Positions 8,933-16,659 of a stretch of 32,000 nucleotides of DNA are shown piece by piece. A program made the translations under genes and the position numbers. This stretch comes from Trichlorobacter lovleyi SZ. GTDB lineage: Bacteria; Desulfobacterota; Desulfuromonadia; Geobacterales; Pseudopelobacteraceae. The stretch spans positions 150,001 to 182,000 of the forward strand of contig NC_010814.1 of the NCBI RefSeq assembly GCF_000020385.1, in the 5' to 3' direction. Within the stretch, counting starts at the first letter, position 1, and each line of letters opens with the position of its first letter. A model generated the notes under the pieces. It made no database searches. It saw only the letters and a program-made list of their open reading frames with translations, and was not told where the DNA came from.

Positions 8933-10068
8933 TTGGCAGCTCCTGCGCCCTGTACCGCTATCCGGTCGCCATCCCGCAGGGTAAACGCGCCCCGGCTGAC
9001 ATACTTTTCGCCCGGCTTCAGTCCTTCCCTGACCTCGATCAGGTCGCCATTGGCAGCACCGGTCTTCAGCTGGCGCTGGCGGGCGATCTGCCCTTCTGCC
9101 ACAAACAGGCTGGCGGTCCGGGCAGCACTGTCATACTGCCCCAGCACTGCCCGGGGTACCTGCAGCACACCGGCCCGCTTGCCGGTTATGATCCGGCCTT
9201 TGGCAAACAGGCCGCCTTTCAGCAGCTCCGGCTGGTTCCGCACCTCGGCCACCACCTTCAATGAACGGTCTGCGGTGTTCAGCTCCGGGTTGATGAACAT
9301 GACCCTGCCGCTCAACAGCTTGCCGGGCAGGGCATCCACGCTAAACTCAAGCGGCTGGCCCACCTTGATCCTGGCCGAGTCAACCGACGGCACGGTCACG
9401 GTCAGGTTCAGGATCCGGTTGTCCACCACCCGGAAGATCGGCTTGCCTGCCGCAGCGTCGCTGGCCAGATCACCCACATTGACATCCCGCAGGGCCACCA
9501 CGCCATCCAGCGGCGCCGTGACCAGGCCCTTGCCAAGGCGGGCCTTGCTCTGACGCAGTTCTTCCTCTGCCACCCGGATCTGGGCCTTTGACGAATCAAG
9601 CCGGGCCCTGGCCGCTGCGGTCTCGGTGCGGCTGTCATCCACGGCCTGCTGGGTGGCCAGACCGGCCTCCTTCAGCTTCACTGAGCGCGCCTCTTCCCGC
9701 TCAGCCCGGGCAAGGGAGACCTGCGACTGGGCCAGCTGGGCCTTGGCCGCCACCACGGCAGCCTCGGCCCGCTTGGTCAGCGCCTCGGTCTCCGCCACAT
9801 CGATCCGCGCCAACGGCTGTCCCTTGTGGACCCGCACCCACTGGGTCACATAGACCTCTTTGACCAGGCCGGGGATCTGGGTCTTGACGTCGGCGCTGAA
9901 CTTCGGTTCCAGAGTGCCGGTCACCTCAACCCCCTCAATCAGTTCAGCAGCCGCCACGGTTGCCAGCTCCACCGCCAGCGGCGGTTTGACTGTTGCCGCC
10001 TGTTTTTTGCTGCAGCCTGCCAGCAGGGCCAGCGTTACTATCATCAGTGTTGCGGTATATCGTTTCAT
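8929..10068 (-). CDS. RND efflux periplasmic adaptor (MFP/HlyD family lipoprotein)
   Basis: 379 aa. Lipobox LLAGCS, coiled-coil hairpin region (AEAAVVAAKAQLAQSQVSLARAEREE…) and beta-barrel/MP domains. 4-nt overlaps with both neighbours. Confidence 0.9.
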   Translation of the reverse strand: MKRYTATLMIVTLALLAGCSKKQAATVKPPLAVELATVAAAELIEGVEVTGTLEPKFSADVKTQIPGLVKEVYVTQWVRVHKGQPLARIDVAETEALTKRAEAAVVAAKAQLAQSQVSLARAEREEARSVKLKEAGLATQQAVDDSRTETAAARARLDSSKAQIRVAEEELRQSKARLGKGLVTAPLDGVVALRDVNVGDLASDAAAGKPIFRVVDNRILNLTVTVPSVDSARIKVGQPLEFSVDALPGKLLSGRVMFINPELNTADRSLKVVAEVRNQPELLKGGLFAKGRIITGKRAGVLQVPRAVLGQYDSAARTASLFVAEGQIARQRQLKTGAANGDLIEVREGLKPGEKYVSRGAFTLRDGDRIAVQGAGAAK

Positions 10069-10667
10069 TTCCTGATCCCTTCAAACATAAGTGACAAAAG
10101 CCGCAGCAGGCCGGCGCGGTCAACCCGCACCTGGCCGGTTTGGTTGAACTGTTCCTCCATGGTGGCATTGAGCAGCGCTACAATGGCCCAGGCCGTATCA
10201 ACCGGGTCAACCTTCCGGAATTCGCCGGTGCTGATCCCTTCGTTGACCAGCTGCTCCATGTGGGTCAGCATGGTGCTGAAAGAGGCCTCAAAATCGATGT
10301 GCGGTGCGCCTTGGGGCGGACCGTAGTAGATGGCGTAAATCAGTCGCGCCACCGGCAGCCGTCCAACAAAGATATCCAGCAGCGCCGTGCAGTAGCCGCA
10401 AACGCGCTCCCGTACAGAACCGGGCGCCAGACGGGCCTGCTCTGCCACCTGATGGAATTCAGCCAGTCCATCCCCCAACAGGGCCAGATAGAGCCCTTCC
10501 TTGTTTTTAAAGTAGTAGTAGAGCACCGGCTTGGTGACACCGGCAGCCTCCACCAGCTCACGCACCGAGGTGGCGGCATAGCCTTTACTGGAAAACAGCT
10601 GCAGGGCGGCATCCAGCAGGCGCTGACGTACATTGCCGGATGTATCGGAAACAGGTTGCGTTGACAT
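10065..10667 (-). CDS. TetR-family repressor of the efflux operon
   Basis: N-terminal TetR HTH (RQRLLDAALQLFSSKGYAATSVRELVEAAGVTKPVLYYYFKNKEGL). Start placed at MSTQPV (10667) rather than the 10724 extension. Confidence 0.85.
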   Translation of the reverse strand: MSTQPVSDTSGNVRQRLLDAALQLFSSKGYAATSVRELVEAAGVTKPVLYYYFKNKEGLYLALLGDGLAEFHQVAEQARLAPGSVRERVCGYCTALLDIFVGRLPVARLIYAIYYGPPQGAPHIDFEASFSTMLTHMEQLVNEGISTGEFRKVDPVDTAWAIVALLNATMEEQFNQTGQVRVDRAGLLRLLSLMFEGIRK

Positions 10668-10691
10668 GGTGGCCTTTCGGAAAAGGGTGTT

Positions 10692-10751
10692 TACCGATCG
10701 GTATATAGCGGCCAGTCTGGTCACCTGTCAAGCAAAACCTACCGATCGGTA
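10692..10751. promoter_or_regulatory. Two copies of the perfect 12-bp palindrome TACCGATCGGTA (candidate TetR operators)
   Basis: TACCGATCGGTA at 10692-10703 and 10740-10751, 48 bp apart, immediately upstream of the tetR/efflux operon start. Confidence 0.6.
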
Positions 10752-10878
10752 AGCGAGGTGAGATGAACCTGTGAACCGCAGTATCCCCATGTCAAAACAT
10801 CTACGATCATGTATATTTTGATGTTGAGCGGGGATATCAACGTGCTATATCTATGATCGTATATTTGCAGGAGGTCAC

Positions 10879-11139
10879 ATGAGGATAACTACAGCAAAAG
10901 ATATTGGCCGGCTTATCCGACAAAAACGCAAGGATGACGGCATCACGCTTGAGGATGCAGCGGCACTCTGCAGCGTCAGCTATGCGTTTCTCTCGGCCCT
11001 TGAAAACGGCAAGGAAACCGTCCGGCTTGATAAAGTGCTGCAGGTCGCCTTATGTCTTGGTATTGAATTTGAGGCACATCCACGCAGTTGGACTTCCACC
11101 GGTGGCAGCCACCAGGTATTGTCCGACTGTACTGATTGA
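10879..11139 (+). CDS. XRE-family HTH protein, HipB/y4mF-like, without a partner kinase
   Basis: 86 aa. RLIRQKRKDDGITLEDAAALCSVSYAFLSALENGKETVRLDKVLQVALCLGIEF is the HipB-like pattern. AGGAGG RBS at 10868-10873. No HipA-like ORF follows. Confidence 0.75.
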   Translation: MRITTAKDIGRLIRQKRKDDGITLEDAAALCSVSYAFLSALENGKETVRLDKVLQVALCLGIEFEAHPRSWTSTGGSHQVLSDCTD

Positions 11140-11300
11140 TGCCGTTGATTGGCAAACAGACCGAACGAGCGAGGAGTGGGTGGGATGAGTGAATGGTTTT
11201 GTGGTGGAGAGCGATTCCAACTGGAAAGATCACCGATGGCATGAACAAGGCAACAAGAAGTCCCACGCTGCCTGCACTACTGTCTGAATAATGAGATAAT

Positions 11301-12317
11301 ATGCTGCCAACACTTCTAGAGATAGTGAGACACCTCAAAGCTGAACAGGAACGTGGACAGCGCTGGGCAGAGAAACATTTTGAAACACTGGAAGACGGCC
11401 ATTTTACCGCCGTCGCGATCAGTGAAGAAGAATTTGTCCTGGCACCATACCCCGAATTCTCTGCAATTATTTATAGAGGGCAAAGCCAATATTACAACCC
11501 ATGCCTACCCTCGCTATATCGTGAGAAATCGACCAAAATCGAAAGATTCATAAATATAGCTCGGCTCTCTGAATTCGAGCTCTTACTAAGAGATCACCCC
11601 GCGGTCAACGACTTGCGGCAATGGTCAATCATGGGGCTTAAACATAGGGTGGATTACGAGGCCCTTGCACAACATTACCATTTGAAGACGCGGTTGCTTG
11701 ACTTTACTACCAATGTTCTTGTGGCTGCTTTTTTCGCATGCACAGAGACAAACAAATCAAAAGGGTATCAGCCAATTATGAGCTGCCACCAGCCTCCTGG
11801 TGTTCTCTACAGCTTAAACGCTGCAGCAGAACACAGTCTTCGCCCCAACAACCCTTTCTCCGGCGCGGTAGGGTTACAACCTTTGCGGCGCCCCGCAGAA
11901 CAGTATGCATGGGGTTACAGACTTCCTAGAAGGGCATCGCTAAATTCGCAGCCGTTTCTCTCCATCTACCCATTTGCACATTCCCCAAGGGATTCTGTAG
12001 CAATTTTTGATGCTTTTGAGGGAGGCAAGAAGCTGTTCCCCTATGATCCAGTTTTGGATAAAGCACAACAAATTAGCCTAACACGACATTTAAGTAATGG
12101 TGCACTTGAACTGGCCATTCAACGAACAAGGGGCTTTAAAAGACAGTCTGCCTTGAATGCCCTTTCTCAAAAGGGCATTGAGGTGACCGATAGGCGAGAA
12201 CACACTTTTTCACAGTTGGAGTTGACGCAGATAGAAGAAGATTGGAAGCAGAGACAGCCTGATTTACTTTCACGCATACACTGGCGTCTTGCTGCTTATG
12301 GAAACGAGGATTGCTGA
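11301..12317 (+). CDS. FRG-domain protein
   Basis: 338 aa. IYRGQSQ…LPSLYR followed by LAQHYHLKTRLLDFTTNVLVAAFFA matches the FRG-domain signature (FRGQ … AQHYGLPTRLLDWT) as I remember it. Low GC relative to flanks, weak RBS. Confidence 0.7.
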   Translation: MLPTLLEIVRHLKAEQERGQRWAEKHFETLEDGHFTAVAISEEEFVLAPYPEFSAIIYRGQSQYYNPCLPSLYREKSTKIERFINIARLSEFELLLRDHPAVNDLRQWSIMGLKHRVDYEALAQHYHLKTRLLDFTTNVLVAAFFACTETNKSKGYQPIMSCHQPPGVLYSLNAAAEHSLRPNNPFSGAVGLQPLRRPAEQYAWGYRLPRRASLNSQPFLSIYPFAHSPRDSVAIFDAFEGGKKLFPYDPVLDKAQQISLTRHLSNGALELAIQRTRGFKRQSALNALSQKGIEVTDRREHTFSQLELTQIEEDWKQRQPDLLSRIHWRLAAYGNEDC

Positions 12318-12387
12318 ATAGTCTCAAAAGGATAGAGTGCTCTATTCCTAGTACTATTCCACTCATGATGGAACAGGGGGAAAACAG

Positions 12388-12600
12388 ATGCGTAGCAAAA
12401 CAATGAAACCGCTTAACGACGAGTTTGCCGGTATGGACGCTGCCCTGCGCCGGGCCGCCAAGGTCGCCCAGACCCTGGCCCGTAAGACCAAGACCCCGTG
12501 TTATGTATGGAAAGACGGCCAGATCGTGGATATCACGGCTGTTCGCCGAGACCGTAAAACCACTTCTGACAAGGCTTCTCTGGCCAGCACGAAGAAGTAG
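12388..12600 (+). CDS. Small hypothetical protein (70 aa)
   Basis: ATG preceded by GGGGGAAAA and followed by a strong terminator. No family recognised. Confidence 0.45.
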   Translation: MRSKTMKPLNDEFAGMDAALRRAAKVAQTLARKTKTPCYVWKDGQIVDITAVRRDRKTTSDKASLASTKK

Positions 12601-12622
12601 CAGCATACAAGGGACACGATAG

Positions 12623-12664
12623 AAAGACGGCCTGTCGCAGATGCGACAGGCCGTCTTTTATTTG
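12623..12664 (+). terminator. Rho-independent terminator
   Basis: 16-bp perfect stem AAAGACGGCCTGTCGC / GCGACAGGCCGTCTTT, loop AGAT, then TTTTATTT. Confidence 0.75.
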
Positions 12665-12722
12665 GATCTGAGTAGCACACATTATTCCGAAACGCAGAGA
12701 TGGCCTTGAAATGGAATCGGAA

Positions 12723-13532
12723 TTACTTCCAGGTCAGTGTTTCCCCCACCTTCATCTGGTACATCAGGAACTCCAGACCATAACGGCGCAGCGCCTTCTT
12801 GAACTCTTCCGGGGTGCCGGACAAGGCCGGAAAGGTGCCAAAGTGCATCGGGATGGCCTTCTTGGGCCGGATCATATCCACGGCCTGGGCTGCCCGGACC
12901 GGCCCCATGGTAAACTTGTCACCGATGCAGAGCAGCATCAGATCCACCTGGCCTTTCAACAGCGCCATATCGCTGAACAGGTCGGTGTCGCCGGTATGGT
13001 AGATGCGGGGGCCGTTTTTGACGCTGATCAGGAAGCCTCCCGGCTCACCGGCATAGACCGGGCCGTTGGGGGTATCCATGCTGGCACCATGGATGGCCGG
13101 CACGAACAGCACCGTGACCTCGCCATCCAAAAGTGAAATCGTGCCGCCAAAGCTGCCGGTCTCGGCCCGCTCGGCCTGTTTGGCAGGGAAGCCTTTGTAG
13201 GCCACCATCGCCTTTTGCAGGTCAAAGGTGGCCACCAGCTTGGCACCGGTCTTCTTGGCGATTTCGACCGCATCACCGATATGGTCGCCATGGCCGTGGG
13301 TCAGAAAGATCAGGTCAACCTTGGTCAGTGCTGCCAGATCCTTTTCAGCGTTGGGGTTGGAGGGGTTGCTGATCCAGGGGTCCACCAGCAGCACCTTGCC
13401 GTTGGGCGTGACCACCTTGAAGGCGGCATGGCCGTACCAGGTCAGCTGAGCCGGGGCAGCCAGGGCAGGTAGAGCGGCCAGCAGAAACAACAGCGCCGTG
13501 AACAGTATGAGCAGGCGTTTCATGTCGGTCAC
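12723..13532 (-). CDS. Exported metallo-beta-lactamase-fold hydrolase (UPF0173-like)
   Basis: 269 aa. Signal peptide …[11 protein letters not shown], then the THGHGDH metal motif and later H/D ligands. Confidence 0.85.
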
Positions 13533-13538
13533 CCCCTT

Positions 13539-13982
13539 TCAGGCTGTTGCATTAAGCTGAGAGGTGCAGTGAGGGCAACGGCTTGCTTCGTCATGCACCG
13601 CTGATTTACAAAAAGGGCACTCACGCGGTACCGGTGCCGGAGCGGGCTCTTCTGTCTTGCGAACCTTGTTGGCGGCCTTGATAATCATGAAGATCACCAG
13701 CGCCATGATCAGAAAATCCAGGGTTGTGTTGAGAAAGATACCGTAGTTGAGGGTGGGTGCACCGGCCGCCTTGGCTGCTGCAACAGTCGCATACTCGCCC
13801 CCTTTCAGGCTGATGAAGAGGTTGCTGAAATCAACCTTGCCCAAGGCCAGGCCCACCACCGGCATGATCAGGTCGTTGACGGCAGAGTTGACGATCTTGC
13901 CAAAGGCAGCGCCGATAATCACACCAACCGCCAGGTCCAGCACGTTGCCCTTCATGATAAAGGTCTTGAATTCCTGCAGCAT
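13539..13982 (-). CDS. mscL: Large-conductance mechanosensitive channel with C-terminal CxxC…CxxC zinc-ribbon tail
   Basis: The N-terminus [44 protein letters not shown] is canonical MscL. The tail [22 protein letters not shown] is an extra zinc-ribbon-like motif. Confidence 0.9.
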   Translation of the reverse strand: MLQEFKTFIMKGNVLDLAVGVIIGAAFGKIVNSAVNDLIMPVVGLALGKVDFSNLFISLKGGEYATVAAAKAAGAPTLNYGIFLNTTLDFLIMALVIFMIIKAANKVRKTEEPAPAPVPRECPFCKSAVHDEASRCPHCTSQLNATA

Positions 13983-14011
13983 GGCAACCTCCCCTATGAA
14001 ATGTCGTCCGG

Positions 14012-14230
14012 CTATGCCTGCTCGATCACAAAGCTCGAGCTGCCGGTAAGTGCAATGGTGTCACCGGGATAGAGCTTGCGTCCCCGGCGGGTCTCAACCG
14101 CTCCGTTAACCCGTATCTGGCCTTCCTGAATCACGATCTTGGCCTCACCACCGCTCATGACCAGGTTGGCAAGTTTCAGGAAACTGTCCAGCTTGATGTA
14201 GTCGGTATCGATTGAAATTTTTTCAGACAT
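14012..14230 (-). CDS. S4-domain RNA-binding protein (YbcJ-like)
   Basis: 72 aa, [59 protein letters not shown]…, resembles E. coli YbcJ. The longer ORF (to 14413) runs through comM in another frame and was rejected. Confidence 0.8.
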   Translation of the reverse strand: MSEKISIDTDYIKLDSFLKLANLVMSGGEAKIVIQEGQIRVNGAVETRRGRKLYPGDTIALTGSSSFVIEQA

Positions 14231-14709
14231 GGGAAACCTTTCTATCCAGGCTACGGTACTGAATCGCCTCGGCCAGATGCGGTTCATGGATCGCTTCGGA
14301 ACCGGCCAGGTCGGCAATGGTGCGGGCCACCTTGAGGATGCGGGAGTAGCTGCGGGCCGAGAAGCCCAACTTGTCTCCGGCCAGTTCCAGCATTCGGTGA
14401 CCGGCGGCATCAAGCTCGCAATGCCTCTTGATCAGGCGGGCGTTCATCTGGGCATTGCAGTGCACTTTGGTGCCTTTGAACCGTTCCTGCTGTACCTGGC
14501 GTGCCCGGATCACCCGGGAGGCAATGACGGTGGAGGACTCGGTTTCACGGCTGTCTGACAGGTCGCGGTAGGCCACGGCCGGCACCTCGACATGCAGGTC
14601 GATCCGGTCCAGAAGCGGACCGGAGATGCGGGAGCGGTACCGCTTGATGGCAATCGGCGTGCAGGTGCAGGCATGGGCCGGGTCCCCCAGATAACCGCAG
14701 GGGCAGGGG
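14223..14709 (-). pseudogene. comM: comM (yifB, Mg-chelatase-like ATPase) 3' fragment A, host-like GC, cut off upstream of the CPCG codons
   Basis: Encodes PCPCGYLGDPAHACTCTPIAIKRYRSRISGPLLDRIDLHVEVP…AIQYRSLDR, the C-terminal roughly 160 aa of a roughly 500-aa ComM/YifB. The residues upstream (…NSRERCTH) are translated from the island junction, not comM. Confidence 0.85.
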
Positions 14710-14780
14710 TGTGTGCACCTTTCTCTACTATTCTGACTCAAAACGGCACTCGTTCTCAATTCAAATTCCCCTCGAAAAAC
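14695..14780. repeat. Island junction repeat, copy 1 (att-like core plus left arm)
   Basis: CCGCAGGGGCAGGGGTGTGTGCACCTTTCTCTACTATTCTGACTCAAAACGGCACTCGTTCTCAATTCAAATTCCCCTCGAAAAAC recurs nearly identically at 19086 and with more changes at 29007. Confidence 0.8.
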
Positions 14781-15196
14781 AGCAACTTCCCGGTTATCCT
14801 GAATTTCCCATCACAGTCGGTGAACACATTCGCAAACGACGCATGGATCTTGGCCTCCTCCAGAGTGAAGTTGCCAAGATCATCGGCGTTACTGAGTCTT
14901 CAGTATGGAACTGGGAGCACGGCACTGAACCTGAACTGCAGTATAACCCCAAAATCATCGAATTTCTAGGGTACGTTCCGTTCGACTGCCCGGATGACAC
15001 AGTGGGGCGGCTTGCGTGGTACAAACGGGTAAATGGGATGAATCTGGAATATCTGGGTGAAGCAATGGGCCGAGATCCAGAACAACTGTCAGACTGGTTA
15101 AGTGGGCGGCATCGTCCGTTCCGGAAGAACCGGGGGAAGATCGAACTGTTTTTGGAAGAGCAGGGAATATTCCTTCCGACAAAGAAGATTTCGTGA
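14711..15196 (+). CDS. Tandem-HTH XRE-family protein, island left-end gene (XRE1, copy a)
   Basis: HTH IRKRRMDLGLLQSEVAKIIGVTESSVWNWEHG plus a second HTH-like unit MNLEYLGEAMGRDPEQLSDWLSGRH. Three paralogs occupy the same position in each island. Substitutions look synonymous or conservative from PGYP onward. The start is uncertain; GTG 14711 is the only conserved in-frame start. Confidence 0.7.
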   Translation: MCTFLYYSDSKRHSFSIQIPLEKQQLPGYPEFPITVGEHIRKRRMDLGLLQSEVAKIIGVTESSVWNWEHGTEPELQYNPKIIEFLGYVPFDCPDDTVGRLAWYKRVNGMNLEYLGEAMGRDPEQLSDWLSGRHRPFRKNRGKIELFLEEQGIFLPTKKIS

Positions 15197-16201
15197 ATTG
15201 TTTCCTCCGTAAAAGGAAGCAACAGTTCCGTGTTCACACTTGCAATTGATATTTTGAACCCTCCAATCGGTATCGATATCGACCCCTGTTATATTAAGAC
15301 GGGGTGTGCCTGACGACAAAACTGCAAATGCTGATCCGCCATCTCCTGACACTACCCCGCCAAAAATAAAATATTTTCATCTTGCTCATTGACAGGGGTT
15401 TATTCCTTGTTACATTAAACTTTTCTTCTACAGTTGCTGCCTAATTTTGGCTAAAACTGTTTTGTAACTAATTGATTTTACTTTGTCGTTCTTTTAAAAA
15501 ACCGGAAAAAGTCGAAAAGTGTGGTGTCCAAACAGTTCAGACAATGCCTGATGGTGTAGCAAAGGAAAATAACACGTAAAGCATTGGAAAATAAATTGTC
15601 CGTTTAAACGATTATGGCGAGGTGTACACACCAACGGTTCCCGCCCGCATCACTCGTTCGAGCAAAACATCCTTATGCCCTTGGCATCAGACCTCTTCAT
15701 CTTAGTGCATGTAATTACAATGCGGGATATTAAGGACAGTATCTCGACACGACAAGAAAATATCGACCACAGCCCGGTTACGGGACTGACGTAAAGAAAT
15801 TTCCCATCGATATCATGCAACCCCAGCCGTGATCGGCATTGCCCCTCAGTGGACGTGGCCGGCGGACCCTCAGTCTCAGGTCAGAAACATACTGTCTTGC
15901 GATGTTGAGCTGAGTCCAGATAACAGCTGACCCTAAGACACGGAGGATTTTTCAATAACGCCTGGGGTTGGAACTGGGTGGTCCTGCTACTGATTGGCGT
16001 AGTCGGGATTGCGATCACGCGCCTTGCGGTGCTGGCTCTGGGAGGCAGGGTCTGCAACAGTCTTTTGGATACAGACAGAATGTGAAAAAAGGCTTTAGGG
16101 CTTGAGGTAACCCGAAGCGGACAGCTCTGTGGGCAAGATTAATATTTGCCTCAGCGCTGGAAAAGAAGCTGTTATTGTTTTCGGTTCGTAAGCTGTCCCA
16201 A

Positions 16202-16468
16202 TTATCTCAATTGACTGTCCTTGCTGCCGCGCCGGTTGTAGAGACTGAAGGTTGTCTGTTGTTTTTCGGCCTCAGCCTGGCATCCAACACAGAGCCTCAC
16301 CCCGGAGATTGCCTTGCGACGCGCTTCCGGGATTGCAGTTTGGCACTCCTCGCAATGAGTCAAGCTATCACCGGTTGGCATCCGGCTACGAACCTGCCCT
16401 ATGGCATCTTCCACGCTAGCGTCAATTTGATCTTGAACCGCCCCATCTCGGGACCAACCAACGGCCAT
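16202..16468 (-). CDS. ybiI: DksA/TraR-family C4 zinc-finger protein (YbiI-like)
   Basis: 88 aa from MAVGWSRDGAVQDQIDASVEDAI… to …CEECQTAIPEARRKAISGVRLCVGCQ…YNRRGSKDSQLR. It closely parallels E. coli YbiI, including the NRRGSKDSQLR end. AGGAG RBS. Confidence 0.85.
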   Translation of the reverse strand: MAVGWSRDGAVQDQIDASVEDAIGQVRSRMPTGDSLTHCEECQTAIPEARRKAISGVRLCVGCQAEAEKQQTTFSLYNRRGSKDSQLR

Positions 16469-16588
16469 GATTCGCTCCTGTTCAACCAAGGTGTCAGACT
16501 CTGAAGTTTTTTTATCCAACTACTCCAGTGTTTTCATTTTCACCGGCAGGTCGAAAGTGTTCGATAATACCGTATCGATTTAATAGAG

Positions 16589-16629
16589 GGGGCGGGTCTG
16601 TTTCACGCATGAACGACCCGCCCCTTTTT
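16589..16629. terminator. GC-rich hairpin between adh and ybiI-like gene, with the T-tract on the + strand side
   Basis: 10-bp stem GGGGCGGGTC / GACCCGCCCC (16589-16598 / 16615-16624), then TTTTT on the + strand. The minus-strand reading lacks a U-tract. Confidence 0.55.
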
Positions 16630-16659
16630 CTTCAATGATCCGTGTAACTTTGCTGATTA

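Noticed and set aside
2318-10664. About 40 track ORFs antisense to, or out of frame with, the OMP, pabBC, RND, MFP and TetR genes (for example 2979..3629 +, 7343..7759 +, 8933..9553 +, 10140..10664 +).
   Set aside because: They have no RBS, low-complexity Arg/Pro/Ala-rich translations, and are fully nested in long genes with unmistakable family signatures.
11140-11300. Looked for a hipA start or HipA N-terminal remnant after the HipB-like gene.
   Set aside because: Only a 19-codon ATG frame and the tail of an out-of-frame ORF are present, and nothing resembles the HipA N-terminal domain. Also, 10976..11338 (-) is an antisense ORF with no RBS.
12136-12606. 156-aa minus-strand ORF spanning the FRG gene end and the small ORF.
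   Set aside because: It is antisense to two better-supported + strand frames and runs toward a + strand terminator. It has no recognisable domain.
14012-14413. 133-aa form of the S4-protein ORF.
   Set aside because: The N-terminal 61 residues are an alternate-frame read of the comM 3' end (Trp/Pro/Arg-rich). The YbcJ-like protein starts at MSEKI (14230).
15978-16085. 35-codon GTG-initiated hydrophobic ORF (VVLLLIGVVGIAITRLAVLALGGRVCNSLLDTDRM).
   Set aside because: It has no ATG, only a weak G-run as RBS, and no family recognised. It is kept as a note inside the ORF-free-region finding rather than called as a gene.
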